Shown one piece after another: positions 25,031-37,440 of a DNA stretch of 64,000 nucleotides (its first letter is position 1; every line of letters begins with the position of its first letter). A program made the translations under genes and the position numbers. The notes below the pieces were generated by a model that searched no databases, was not told the origin of the DNA, and worked only from the letters and a program-made list of their open reading frames with translations. The stretch lies in NCBI GenBank assembly GCA_010909165.1, contig MU008162.1, positions 186,001-250,000 of the forward strand. The letters are read 5' to 3'. This DNA is from Anthoceros angustus (Eukaryota > Plantae > Anthocerotophyta).

Positions 25031-26840
25031 GCAATGGAAGACTAAGAAGGAGAAGTTACCCACTTTCAGAGCAGCTCGTGCTGTAGGTCAAGTGGCTTTC
25101 TTTCGTGGGGATGAATTGGTGGTGTTTGGCCCTTGTTCACGCAATTTCATTGACAATGTTGATTGATTGAAGATTATTTATCTTATTTAATTTTTACCTT
25201 TACATTAGTCCAGATTATTTTACCACAATCTATGTAGTTATCATATTTCAATCCCATGACGGAAATCCGTCCTTAATAGACTTAAATAAAATTCTTCTTC
25301 TTCTTCTACCTACCTATTAGTCCAGTGTCCTATTTAGGCTGCACTCCAACACTTCAGTGGGCTTTGGATTTGCTGAAGGTGTTGTACTAATACCTATTAG
25401 GTTGTATTATTATATATAAAAATATAAAAATATTTTGTAAATATTATTAATAATTTTATAAATTACAATTGCTAATTGATCTTGTTGGTTATGCAGGCCT
25501 AGTAGATGAGGTACAAAAGTTACTACCATCATGTTGAAGCCAAATTAATGTCATGGGGTTGATGTGTTGCTGAACACCTAAAAAAAAAGATGGGACATAG
25601 AGAACTGGTGCTCACCTTTGAGCCTACAAATATAATGGGGATTTAGAGAACTTGTGCTCATGCCTAAGAGCCAATGGATTGAAAGCATTCGAGACCTTTC
25701 AACACTAGGCTAGCACAACTTCAGATGTACTAGAAACAGAATGAAAGATTGGTGACTTCATTCAACTGATGATATTCAACTGATTTTATTCATTCTAATG
25801 ATATATTTAGTTTAAAGTAAAAATAATTATGTTTTAACATAAAATAGATGATGATTTTGTATAAATAAAAAACTTCTGAGTTTTGAGAACCGTGCGCTTC
25901 TCAAACCCCCCTAGGCAGCGCATGGAGACATAAGGGCTCATGGGATGGAGCTGCCCGACGAGGCTGCGGCGCTGCCCAGTTTGGGGCCATTGCGTTTTTG
26001 GACACATTCCTTGCATCGCTTCGGGTGTGCATTTCAACGTTTCACCGGTTCCCGAGAAATACTTTCTATCGTCCGACAGCCACTTGTCCGTGTGACCTGG
26101 GACAGGAGTCGCAAAATGTGCATGGATGCCCGCCCGTTTCGCGCTTCGAGCCATGGACACCATGGCATGCCTCTAGGTTCTATGCCTCATTCTCTATCCA
26201 ACCTCTTCTATTATCCTACCTGCCTTCCCATCCGTCGTCTCAACCATGGGCGACGCCTGGAGATCCATTCAGCGGCCGTCATGCGCGTAATCGCCTCCCT
26301 AGCCCTCGGTAATGCCATACCCGATGTTACCATGCCCCCGCCGCCAGTGGTGAAGACGATATAGACTTATGGAGGCTATAGCCAAGTGACCACCCCAGTG
26401 TTGAGCATGCGCTACTCCCAACAACATCAAAGCCATGGCATAGAGTTCGGACTTTCGAGAAAGTTCATTATGGTGGGATCCCATGACATGAAAGGCAACC
26501 GCAACCCCGAGCCCGGAGGATATGGGAAAGTACCCTGTTCGCCGTCCCAGGAACTAAACTGTTCTAGATGTGGAGCCACTTGTGGATCATAGATACCTCC
26601 CTCTCTTGTCTACGGGAGAGCGTGCTTGCCAAGATTCTATCCTCTTTCCTGCACCAACATATAGATGAGAGATTTTTATGGCTGTACATGTGCACCATTC
26701 TAAAGACCTGGGATTGCTGAACTGTGCCCACGAGAGTGGCAGAGATCTAGAAGAGAAGCACAGCAGCTGCCTAGCTAGAGCTTGTGTGCAAGCTTATAAT
26801 TACGACGAGTGTTGCTGGCATATTTAATCTTGGGCACAAT

Positions 26841-28121
26841 ATGGATCTGTGCAGGTTCACTGCGAGTCTGAGGTGTGCCCGTTCTGGTAGTAGCGACTGC
26901 AGATCTAGAGCAGAGGCTGTCCTACAACAAGGCCCTGCTAATTCTTCTTTTTTCTTGACACTTCCAGTTTCTTCTACCTTGAGGCACAAGACTCTTTCTG
27001 TGTCTGTCAGATGCGAGGCCGAGGTGGATGCTCGCACAACGCCTAGGCATGTTCCCGTTGGCAGGCCCAAGCCGGTGATGGGCGATGATGGTGGCCTTGG
27101 CCATGGCGCTGGCATGAACACCAGCGTGCTGACGTCTGTATACATGGATTTCCTGCACAACATGTCCTTCAACAATTCCCGGGAAACCTGCTACCCTGAC
27201 CGGCTGGACACCATGATCGCACGGGTGAGAGAAAACGGCGGATCCTTCATGCCGGATCGGTACATCAACATGGGAGCTGCGTTCGGGAATTTGGTATTCA
27301 GCCTCCACCCCGAGGACGTGCAAGCCAAGATCGGACATTTCACCGCTCTGTTCCTGCTGGTGGACGATCTGGCAGGGAAGCTGACGGGGGCGGCGCGAGA
27401 GAGGTACCTGGAGGACATCCGCTTGTTCCAGATGAAGTTCGCGGACCCAGAAGGGTACGCGAGGCGGTACCCCGGCCGGGGCGACCTGCACGAGGCGCTG
27501 GAGAAATTCATCGTCTATCTCAAGACGGAGCAGAACCCCTTCCTCCCCACGGAGCTCCGGCTGCACAGCATGATGATCAAGTCCGTGCTGGACTTCATGG
27601 AGGCCAACCTGCAGGAGCAGCACTACGAGCACGATCCGATCGAGTACACTGCTGACATGGCCCAGCTGCCCAGGTTCCTCCGGAACAAGTCCGGCATAGC
27701 TGAGCTCTACGCGTACTTCCTCATCATGCCGACGTCGTCCTCGGGCTCTGCCTCGGAAGATGAGCACTTCTTCTACAACAACCTGTATCCCATGGTCCCA
27801 GAGCTTGTCGACGTGATTAACTTCGGCAACGATGTCATGTCGTTCTACAAGGAGGTGCAGGCAGGAGAGGATTCCATCGACATTGTGAACTACTCCAAGA
27901 TTCACAACCTGCCGCTTCTTCAGTCTCTTCGGGACAGCATGGAGACTGTGATCCTTTCCAGGACGAGACTGATGACCTTGGTCGACAGGACTGGTTCTAA
28001 GGAGACCAAGGACAAGCTTGTGAGATTCTTGCAGGGATATCTGAGTTGGCATCTTGGGGTCAGACGGTATAGGTTGGGTGAAGTTTTGTGTGGGTGGTAC
28101 AACGGCGGCTACTGGGCATAG
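26841..28121 (+). CDS. Microbial terpene synthase-like protein (MTPSL), trichodiene synthase/Tri5-type, intronless, putative plastid transit peptide
   Basis: Class I terpene synthase motifs LVDDLA, FLRNKSG (pyrophosphate-sensor Arg), NDVMSFYKE (NSE/DTE), WH..VRRYRL (RY pair); no seed-plant-type N-terminal domain; Ser/Arg-rich leader ending SVRCEA. First ATG is 26841 (the ORF-track start is GTG). Confidence 0.88.
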   Translation: MDLCRFTASLRCARSGSSDCRSRAEAVLQQGPANSSFFLTLPVSSTLRHKTLSVSVRCEAEVDARTTPRHVPVGRPKPVMGDDGGLGHGAGMNTSVLTSVYMDFLHNMSFNNSRETCYPDRLDTMIARVRENGGSFMPDRYINMGAAFGNLVFSLHPEDVQAKIGHFTALFLLVDDLAGKLTGAARERYLEDIRLFQMKFADPEGYARRYPGRGDLHEALEKFIVYLKTEQNPFLPTELRLHSMMIKSVLDFMEANLQEQHYEHDPIEYTADMAQLPRFLRNKSGIAELYAYFLIMPTSSSGSASEDEHFFYNNLYPMVPELVDVINFGNDVMSFYKEVQAGEDSIDIVNYSKIHNLPLLQSLRDSMETVILSRTRLMTLVDRTGSKETKDKLVRFLQGYLSWHLGVRRYRLGEVLCGWYNGGYWA

Positions 28122-29001
28122 CCTTTCAACACGTGCTTGCAAGATAATCAGAAAATCCTTGCAAATGTGCTCACTGCAGCTGCATTCGTAGACTAGATTA
28201 GATTGATAGATAGATATATCGATTTCTTTAAGAAGAAGAAGATGTGATTGAAGCTTGTCCACAAAGGATGTTATATGGTGTATTGTGGGGTACTATAAAA
28301 TCTCGATTCTCGAAAACGGGTTACTCACACGCAACCCAAATGACAATGATGTCTCCTAGCTTGTGAGACAGAGGGGTAAGCTTAGATCTTAACCAAGCAC
28401 ATTATTTGAATGAATAATCAGATCAGCCTATCCAGCTGTTGTGTGTGTTTGCCTAAACGCACCAGCAGCACCCGTAAAGCCACTCTTCGCTTTCCCACGA
28501 GATGCCCGTAGTAAGCTCACATCTTTCCGTTTGGGATGGAAGTTTTTCCTCTAGGGAGGGAGAGGAACAGGAATGCTTCGTTGCTCAAGGCTTGCATCAA
28601 CGGAACCATGCCAGCACTTCCTCTCCCAGATGCCAACACTAGGGCCGAGGGTTGACGGCCTTGAAGGTGTACGAGGACGTGGCCACTCAAGGCATCAAGG
28701 CATCCATAGGGCTGCAGAATTACAAGTCCCCGGGCGGCGGGCGGCCTTGTCTATAATGTATGCAAATTCAAGTCCCCGGGTGGCCCTGTCTAATGGCTGC
28801 AAATTCGCTTTACTTTTCGTGAATCCAAATGAAATTTCCAATGATCAATATCCCAATGATTCAGAGCAACTTCGTTTCTGAACCAACTTGGTTGAGTCCA
28901 AATGCAGTCCAAGGGCACTCAACTGCCATGCGTAAGGCAAGTCCCCATACCAGCCTGCAACTGAGCGTTCAGACTCTCTTAATTGTTTGGCACTGGGCAG
29001 A

Positions 29002-31257
29002 CTAGAAGTGGTGAGTAGCCTGGATCCTGATTGGGACACCGTTGTTGGGGCATGGCAGACCCGACAAGTCTCGGCCACTGTCTGGCTTTTCTACTGTCCA
29101 CCTGTTAATTCAATACCAGTTGAGATCGGTCAGATCAGATAATAGTCCAATGGACAATTTTGCTATATATAGGGGAACATCATTAATGGGGTCGCACCTG
29201 AACTTGAACATCAGATGATGCAACATCACTTTCATCTCCATTAGTGCCAGATCCTTCCCAAGGCACAACCTCTGTCCACCTCCAAATGCCAGCAGGGTGA
29301 AAGGCTTCGGTGGCACCTGTAAATTCATAGCCACCAAACGCAGTGTCTCAATCTTGATTGCTCCCAAGATGTCTAAATGATTCGGAGATAGTCGACTGTA
29401 CATAATGATTCCTAATATATGTTGAATTCAAGCATCAGGGTAGGCTGCTTACATCGAAGCGAGAGGGATCGAACGCGTCCGGGTCTTGGAAGATTTCTGG
29501 ACTATGGTGCAAGTTGTGAGTGTCTAGCATAAGGTTCCAGCCTTTAGGGATGTGGTACCCTGCAGTGGCACATGTATGTGTGTCAGACGCACATTGCTTG
29601 GAGCAATGCTAGGTGCAGCATACATACCGTTGAATACGAAGTCCTCCTTGACCCGTCGATGCCACCAGAAAACGACAGAAGACACTCGGAGTGCCTCGTT
29701 GATCACCTGCATGTATACATAGGACAAGTCAGATATCGATCGTCTACTCTTAGGACGCCAGCTTTGAGTGAGCGGTAGGGCGGAGAATATCAACATTTGT
29801 TGAGGAGGGATCCGAGACTCACTTTCAGGGTGTAGCTCATTGGTTGTCCGAGATCCGCCCATGTCAGTGGCTCACCAGCTTGTTTGTTACTTCTCACTGC
29901 CAAATGCTCAGCCTACAGTTCAATGTACAGACAGAAAACTTGAAGGTAGAGCTCGCCTGGACAGCCAAGATATTCTGGACACCTGAAATTGTTTTCATAT
30001 GGACAAGCTCACCAGCAGCTTCTCCTTGACGCTGGGATTCTCATGAAGCAGCTTGACAAGCCAGGTGAGTGTGGTGCTCGCGGTCTCAAAGCCAGCAATG
30101 ATGATGCTGAAAAGATTGTCCCTCAGCTGCTCGTCGCTCAGGGCAGGCTTGTCGCTGGAAGATTCGGGGTCGACTGCGTTCATCATGTCGTTCAGCAAGT
30201 CGCTGCGGACAATTTTCCCGCTCCTTCTCAACGCGAATTCGGTGTCGAACATTCTGAGCAGCTCCCTTCTTGCCTGCACGCCCCATTGCAACCTTGGAGA
30301 AATGGACACTCTGCTCCAATTTAAATTTGGATTCGGCCAGGGCTTGAATTCGCACCTTCATGGCCTTGTGAAAGGCGAATCCAGGAAGATCGATGGGCGC
30401 CTGGAGCAAATTGTTACTCACTGTTTCGGTGAGCTCCAAGCTCCTCTCACGCTCTGGACCAGGGCCCCAGCTCAGCGCCACTCGCGCGATCACGTGATAA
30501 GTGAACTGTGCACCGTCAGCAGCAGCTACCAGTTAGAAAGACTCACTGTCAGCCGATGCTTTGGTGTGGTGGTCGGGCACACAGCACAGTTCAAAACGAC
30601 CCGGGCTCGAATCTTCTTCCCTTGAAGAATCACAATCAGCTGGTACCAGCGCTCACGCATTGCAATTTGCAGGCAAACGAGCAGGGTTGGGACTAGCCGA
30701 CTAGCCTTGATGGCCTCGTGTTTTATGACGCGGACGTCGCCCAGTCTCCAGGAACTGAGCGTCTCCACAGCCGTTTGCTCCACCAGCGGCAGATACTTCC
30801 TGATGCTCTCGGCCAGGAAGGTTTCGTTCAACAACTTGCGATACAGCTTGTGCCTGGGGCCGTGCACATTGAGCATCGATTCCTGGCCCAGAATCTTGTT
30901 CACGGGAGGGAACTGGTGCGCCTGCACCAGCTTCTCCTCGCTGGTGACCAGCAGCTTGGCCGCCTCGGCGCCCCTGAAAAACACATACGGACTCCCGAAC
31001 ATGTGCGACTTGAACACATTGCCATACTTGCCAAAGCGCTTCATCCTGAACGCCTCCGGATCCCCGGCCTTGAAGCAGCCCAGCAGCTCCATCGTCTCTC
31101 CCAGCAGCGGGAGGCCCATGCCCCCCGGCAGCTGCTTCGATCCCTCGGGCGCCCATGCCCCCCTCCGCTCCCAGTACCTCCACGCTGGCCACGCCACAGC
31201 CACCACCGCAACTACTGCAACCGCCACCAGAATCTCCACACCCACCGTCACCTCCAT
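29002..31257 (-). CDS. Cytochrome P450, CYP85-clan-like, 8 exons, apparently intact
   Basis: TM anchor then LPGGMGLPLLGET; I-helix AGFETAS; K-helix EALR; FDPSRF; heme motif FGGGQRLCLG; last exon WTVEKPDSGRDLSGLPCPNNGVPIRIQATHHF* with TAG at 29002. Intron 1 appears to use a GC donor. Confidence 0.9.
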
Positions 31258-31512
31258 GGCTGCCGTGCGATGTGGGTACTTTCCATAACGCAATGCCGTG
31301 CTATGTACTGGTGCTAGTCTGTAGACTTCGAAAACAACGCCTAAATGCGAGTTCATCTATTGCCCAAAGAGAGCTAAGGATCCATACTTGTCCACTATTC
31401 TATGGACTAGTGCTGCCTAGGAAAACCTGCCTAAAAAGGGGAGTCGATCCATGTAAAAAGGGGGAGTTGATCGATATCCAAAAGACAGTGCTAAAGGATC
31501 CATACAGTCCAC

Positions 31513-31862
31513 TAGTCTATGAACTAGTGCTCCTAGCTAGAGCTTATGGACTAGTGCTCCTAGCTAGAGAGCTTATGGACTAGTGCTCCCTAGCTGAGAG
31601 CTTATGGACTGGTGCTCCTAGCTAGAGAGCTTATGGAGTAGTGCTTTCTAGCTAGAGAGCTTATGGACTAGTGCTCCCTAGCTAGAGAGCTTATGGAGTA
31701 GTGCTTTCTAGCTAGAGAGCTTATGGACTAGTGCTTTCTAGCTAGAGAGCTTATGGACTAGTGCTCCCTAGCTAGAGAGCTTATGGACTAGTGCTCCCTA
31801 GCTAGAGGTCTTATGGGCTAGTGCTCCCTAGCTAGAGGGCTTATGGACTAGTGCTCCCTAGT
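31513..31862. repeat. Minisatellite of ~30-bp units (ctagtgctccctagctagagagcttatgga), about 11 copies
   Basis: Direct head-to-tail repetition with point variants and no unique spacers. Confidence 0.93.
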
Positions 31863-32039
31863 GATATCTTTGTTAGTTTCCATATTCATCACAACCATCT
31901 GTTCTCAACTCTTGGGATGCTCCTTTATTGTTGCCATCCCGGTCTCCATGTGCTGAAGTTATTGTAATGAGGTCTATTTATGGTAGAAAATACGATTTTC
32001 GTCTTATCTATCCACATCTTTATGCCCATTGCCTTGAAT

Positions 32040-32985
32040 AACGCTCTTGCTTGCTCATGCGAATAACGCTCTTGCTTGCTCATGCTTCTTCGCAATACGA
32101 AAAACTTGGAAAAACTTGGAAAAACTTGGAAAAACTTGGAAAAACTTGCTCCAACATAGGAGGCAGGACCTACTCACCCTACTCTAAACCGGATAGGAAC
32201 AGGTAAATGAAGAAAGAAAAAAATCACTTTTTTACTCATTAAGGTAAAATTTCATATACATTGGATAAATATAATAGGTGAAAACCAAAACTGATGGATA
32301 GAACTCAAAACTAGAAGCTAGAAAACAGAACTCGAGGATAAAAATTGGAACTAATGGGTAGAACTAGTGGGTATAAAACATTCACCAAATGGCTGTGACT
32401 GCTGCTGTTCACAACTTGCCTTGCATGATTGTGACTGCTGCTCCCCTCAACCTGCCTTGCATGCTTATGACTGCTACTACCCACAACCTACCTTGCATAG
32501 GCTGTGGGGTGCTGGTCTTGCTGCTACTTGGCTGTTATGTTGTGCCCGTGAGGTTAACCTGTAAGCGGCGCAAGTGTCTGCAGTACGTGTATTATTGTTG
32601 CATGTGTCTGCAGGACCTATTACTGCTTTTTTACCAAACCCCCAGCTTTGTGCGCTTCGTGGGGATCTGCTTTTTGTTTTTGTAGCTCTTGTAGTTGATT
32701 TGTTTCTATAGCTGATTATTTCTGTAACTGATTTGTTTCTGTAGTTGATTTGTTTCTATAGCTGATTGTTTCTGTAACTGATTTGTTTCTGTAGTTGATT
32801 TGTTTCTATAGCTGATTGTTTCTGTAGCTAATTTTTTCTGTAGCTGATTTTTTCTGTAGCTGATTTTTTCTGTAGCTGATTTTTTCTGTAGTTGATTTGT
32901 TTATGTAGCTGATTTGTTTATGTAGCTGATTTATTTTTGTAGCTAATTGTTTGTATAGCTGATTTGTTTCTGTAGCTGATTTATT
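32040..32985. repeat. Short tandem arrays: aaaacttgga x~5 (32100-32148), ~33-36-bp unit x3 (~32395-32500), tagctgatttgtttctg-type array (32690-32985)
   Basis: Directly visible periodicity. Confidence 0.85.
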
Positions 32986-33009
32986 AAGCATTTTCTTGTG
33001 TGTTCATCT

Positions 33010-34300
33010 TTGCAGGCAATGTCCTGGGATTCAGTCGATCAAATGATTGATGATGTACGCGATATGCGCGACTTGCGTGCCGATGCAGATTTGGACATGG
33101 ATGTCCATAATCCGAATACTCCAGAGGAGTATCCACCTGTAGACCATGATTTGGAGAGGGATGAGGTACTCTGACGGGCAGCGGTAGAACGTAAAACTGA
33201 TGAAGAATTGAAGAAACCATACCTGCTATCCGGTGACGAAATTGAAACAGCTATAGCAAATGGTATTTGTTTATATTTAATCTGTTTTTAACCATGTTCA
33301 TGTTTAACATTTTTAGTGAATGCCTTGTTGTAGCAGTTGTTAAGAAACACAATGAGAGAGCACTCGTAAAAACTAACGATATGTTGGTTTTGGTGGATGC
33401 GCGACTGCAGTTATCCAAATCGAAAATGGTAAGCCTTATGTTATTTCTGATGTATTATTTTATTCAAATTTAAATTTGATAAAATTAAATTTCGCAGGAC
33501 TTGAAAAAGAATACAAGATTGACGAACAAGCTTTATAAGGAAACTGTAGGTGTGAAGAATTTGCATCAGAACATTGAAGAAAATGTGTCTCATATCATTC
33601 AAGTAAGTTTTGCTTTGAGCAATAAATTGCTTATTTTATTTTATTTTTCCTCAAATTAGTATGATTAATTGATGCAGATTGTCAACAACACTTACCACAA
33701 AATAGAGGCTGTTGAAACTAAAGTCAACAAGATAGAGGATATTTGTGAACACTTGGAAACCATAGTGGACCAAAGACTCGTAAAAGTCTATACCGTGAAC
33801 AATATTCCCCCCAAGTGGTCCTCGAGTTCGCCACGTAGCAATTCTTCCCAATATCATTTTATTGGGGATACAGAGGACACTCCTACTATGATAGAAGATG
33901 ATCGTGTTGAAGACCCTGGCAGCAATAGTCTCCAGTAAGCTTCCTTAAGTGCTTGAGTTTGAATGATTGACAGTATCTAAAAATGAATTACTATTTTGTG
34001 CAGGCTGGAAGGCACACTACCCTAAGACATGCCAAACAAAAAGAAATTAAACAATAGTAATTTTTATTCAGTTATGTATATTTTAATGTCTTGCTAATAA
34101 GAATATACACTTTTTGTTTACTAATACTCTCTTTGGTAAATGCAAAGCTGTTGAACACCTTATTTGACAAAGAGTTGGCTGCAGAAGATCTCTTGATGGT
34201 CTTAAAGAATCCTGATTTACTGGACAAAATCAGAACATTAAGTTTTTATCAAAAAAGCGTTTATATTGCAAGTTCAAAGATATATCTAAATTACTTATGA
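33010..34300 (+). other. AT-rich intron-containing gene-like relic, possibly a transposon accessory gene
   Basis: Several short open exons bounded by ag/gt (ttgcag|GCAATG at ~33015, cgcag|GAC at ~33498, tgcag|ATT at ~33678); no recognisable domain. Confidence 0.3.
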
Positions 34301-37300
34301 ATTATATTTACTCATTTTTTATTTACCTTATTGCACGCAATCGATAACGAGCATTTTGGGATTAGTTCCACGCTTCTTGAAAATTCTGTAGTGGAAGGAT
34401 AAAACTTGGACCTAAAAACTAATATTTACGATAGAGATCTAGTGCAGCCTTGACATGTTTTGGAGCAACCTTTGTCTATACAAGGCTCATACGTCGCCAC
34501 GATCGAGAAAGGAGCGGGTCTCACCTCCTATCACGGCAGTGCATTTTACGCCATGGAACTGGTGTTGGTCGGGGCGCCTGGCTTATACATGCCTCGGCCT
34601 AATGGACTCAGCATGTCCGCATTGGGACGTCCCTCCCGACGCCAGTAATAGGTATAACCTTTCTCCGTAATAGGAAAAACTTCCTCCAACGTATAACGCT
34701 TCTCCACAATAGGAAAAACTTGCTCCAACGTATAAGTTTTACCATATACTGTTGTTAGTTCTTAAAAATCATCATCCCTTATGTCTTCATCCAGGTTTGA
34801 AATATACTTGAAGCACACCTTGATTTCATTGTGCATTCCCGTATCCATCACAAGTTGGCTAGTTCAATAGTAGAGCATCAACCTAGTCTTGTCAAGCTTC
34901 CTCTTCCAGTTGGCCAACTCTTCTATTTTCATTAGGTTGATTGATGGAAATCTAAGTTCTAACATGTGGAGAAAAAAATTTGACAAGCTCCGAGTTCTTA
35001 CTATTAACAATGAACTCCATGAAAATTTTCAAATAAAACTTGTATGCATCATTGAAGCAAAGAAAATTCTTACTTAGGCTCTAAGTTTACCTCTTCCCCT
35101 CCATTCTCTTGTAATTTTAGTAGAACATGCACATTAATTGGTTGATAGATACTGATGACTTTGGGTGCTCTGAATACTTCTCACCTTTTGCTGGTAATAG
35201 AATTCCCCCTCTAGTCTTCTTCTCCACTACAAGGGTTTTGTCTATGGAGGAGCCTAATATTTGCTCTGCACTGTTGCCTACCAGTTTTAGTCCTCTACTC
35301 TCACATACTTGTTTTACTTGTTCATTAGATAGCTCACAAGTTTTGTCATTCCCATCTTCCATTAGCTCTCTCTCTTTTAGTTCAAATCCTCTCTCTTCAG
35401 GCATAACTATCTCAACTCTTCATTAGTCAGGCATGTTGTTCTATTCTCCTCATCCACTGCTATTTGCCTCTCCTGTCCACTCCTCTAATTCATGTTAGAG
35501 TTCCTATATTCATACATCTGCCTAACTTCCTCATGTGTCAAGTTTGAAACTTCAGGCGCTTCTAGTCCTTCTCACTTTCATTAGGACATCACTCTCTTCG
35601 CCCTCACCACTCCCCCAACTATTACAGATACCATTATTTTTAAGAAGCTCCTTGCACCCAAGTTTAAGTTCTGGAGGTCTACCTCTCCCTCTGCAAATAG
35701 GTGTTTCACTGGGTAGCTCACAAATTTCTACCATGTTGATTGTTGTACTTGGCTCTCCTTTCTAATTAGATTCCTTTACAGAGGCCCTAGTCACTTTGAT
35801 ACTTTTAGTTGTAGGTCTTCTCATTTCAAAAAGTTTATTTGATGGCTATGAGTATGTGTGGGATGACTTTTGCTAGTAGGGCTAGCAAGGTGTACACTTA
35901 TAACTTAATGTCGATGTAGTACTAGGGTCGTTCCACAGCTTATTGTACCTAAGCTCCACAACTTATTGGCTAAACGGGCTCCATCAGGTTGGGTCCGGTG
36001 GAAACTGCGGAGTCTAGGCATGTGCTACATAGCAACTCAACAGACCATGCACGCGACACACTGGACCTTCGTACAAGGCTCTTCTCAGGGTGTCTCAAAA
36101 ATTTGAGGTCCAACGGACTGGAACAGATTTAGCGACATGTTTCCCCATCAGACACCGTACCCTAGCACCTCTGCGCACATACCTCCTTAGCTCCACATCT
36201 TCCAACTCACAACTCTCGACTCCGCTTAACAACAACTCTAATACAATGCACAAGCCACATCGTCTTCCTTCCTTCTCCCTTTCTCACACACAGCTACTAC
36301 TAGAAACACCAACTCCCCGACGTATTCACACATGATTGCCTTTGCTCCTCCAGACTGCTTCACTTGCGATGAGGTAGTGGCTTCTCAGCTTGCAACCCCA
36401 TGGCCTCCTCCCCAGCAGCCACCAAGGATGGCTCCGTGCCACAGGTCACCCCCACAGTGCTACCTGAGCTTAGGACTAATCCTATTCTGCACCCATCAAA
36501 TGTGTTAGCGCAGCTCGTCATCAGAGCTCTCGACGCATTCCCCTACCACCAATCAATCTTGCGTGGTTATGTAGGAACACACTCAACTCCTCGAGCGCAT
36601 GACAGCATGAGCACACAGAGCGCAAAATTGGCACAAGGAATATATTATCTATTGGTCATGGGCACCAAGGCCTCCTTCTATAGCCTCCCTAAGGTTTACA
36701 TCTCGATAGCAACCCCCAACCCTAGACGCTACATATCGATAGCAAAATTAGCTGGGCCTGCCTGCTCACCCTAACCTAACCAGCCCATATACGTGCGAGC
36801 CAGATCGCAGAATCTCCATCGTATGCCACCATTTATGATGGCACCTGACTCATTGCCGCTGACCCCAAGCCCTAGGACGACGCAACCGCCAGGCCGTAAC
36901 TCATCTTGCCAAGCCGGCCTTCTTCCACCGGCCCTGCACACCCGCCAAGCGGCGAATCCGTTACCGGACTACGCTGTCATGGCTGGACCATCCCGCCAAG
37001 CCACTCCCTCCCACACTGAACCAGCTCATCTCAACGAACCAGTCCAGCAGTCGCCGGTCCACCTTGGTCTCCAACAAACCGAGGTCTAGGATTGCACTTT
37101 AAGTGCAAGTTAGCTAAAAATGGCCTTATTGGCTATTAAACTCCGCCCTATCCCTAATAAAAAACAACAGCTCAAAAAGAAACAAAATTAAACAAGCCGC
37201 CGAGGTTATGAACGTCGGATTTGGCACTCTACAGTATGAACTCGCTAAACTTTTGCTATACCCTCTAGATCAAACTAGTTTGTATTTGAACCATCAAGAA

Positions 37301-37440
37301 AACAGTGTAGAAACTAGGTGTTCAAAATCTACATGTCTAGGTGCATTCCACACCAAGTTCTCCTCTACTTCTTCTTCCCAATCTCTTTACAAGAGTTGCT
37401 ACATCTTGGAAGTGTCTTGAACTATTATCGGATCGGCCTT

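Noticed and set aside
25882-25914. Hairpin tttgagaa...ttctcaaa followed by ctag as a Helitron 3' end
   Set aside because: Followed by G rather than T, and no 5' TC end or Rep/Hel relic was found.
11515-28121. Bacterial or fungal contamination explaining the GST-like and Tri5-like genes
   Set aside because: The GST-like gene has spliceosomal introns and both are embedded among plant PPR genes and plant retroelements.
26922-28262. 446-aa ORF antisense to the terpene synthase
   Set aside because: Antisense frame kept open by codon bias; all motifs are on the + strand.
31513-31862. 30-bp repeat array as a CRISPR-like locus
   Set aside because: Units are contiguous with no unique spacers, there are no cas genes, and the context is eukaryotic.
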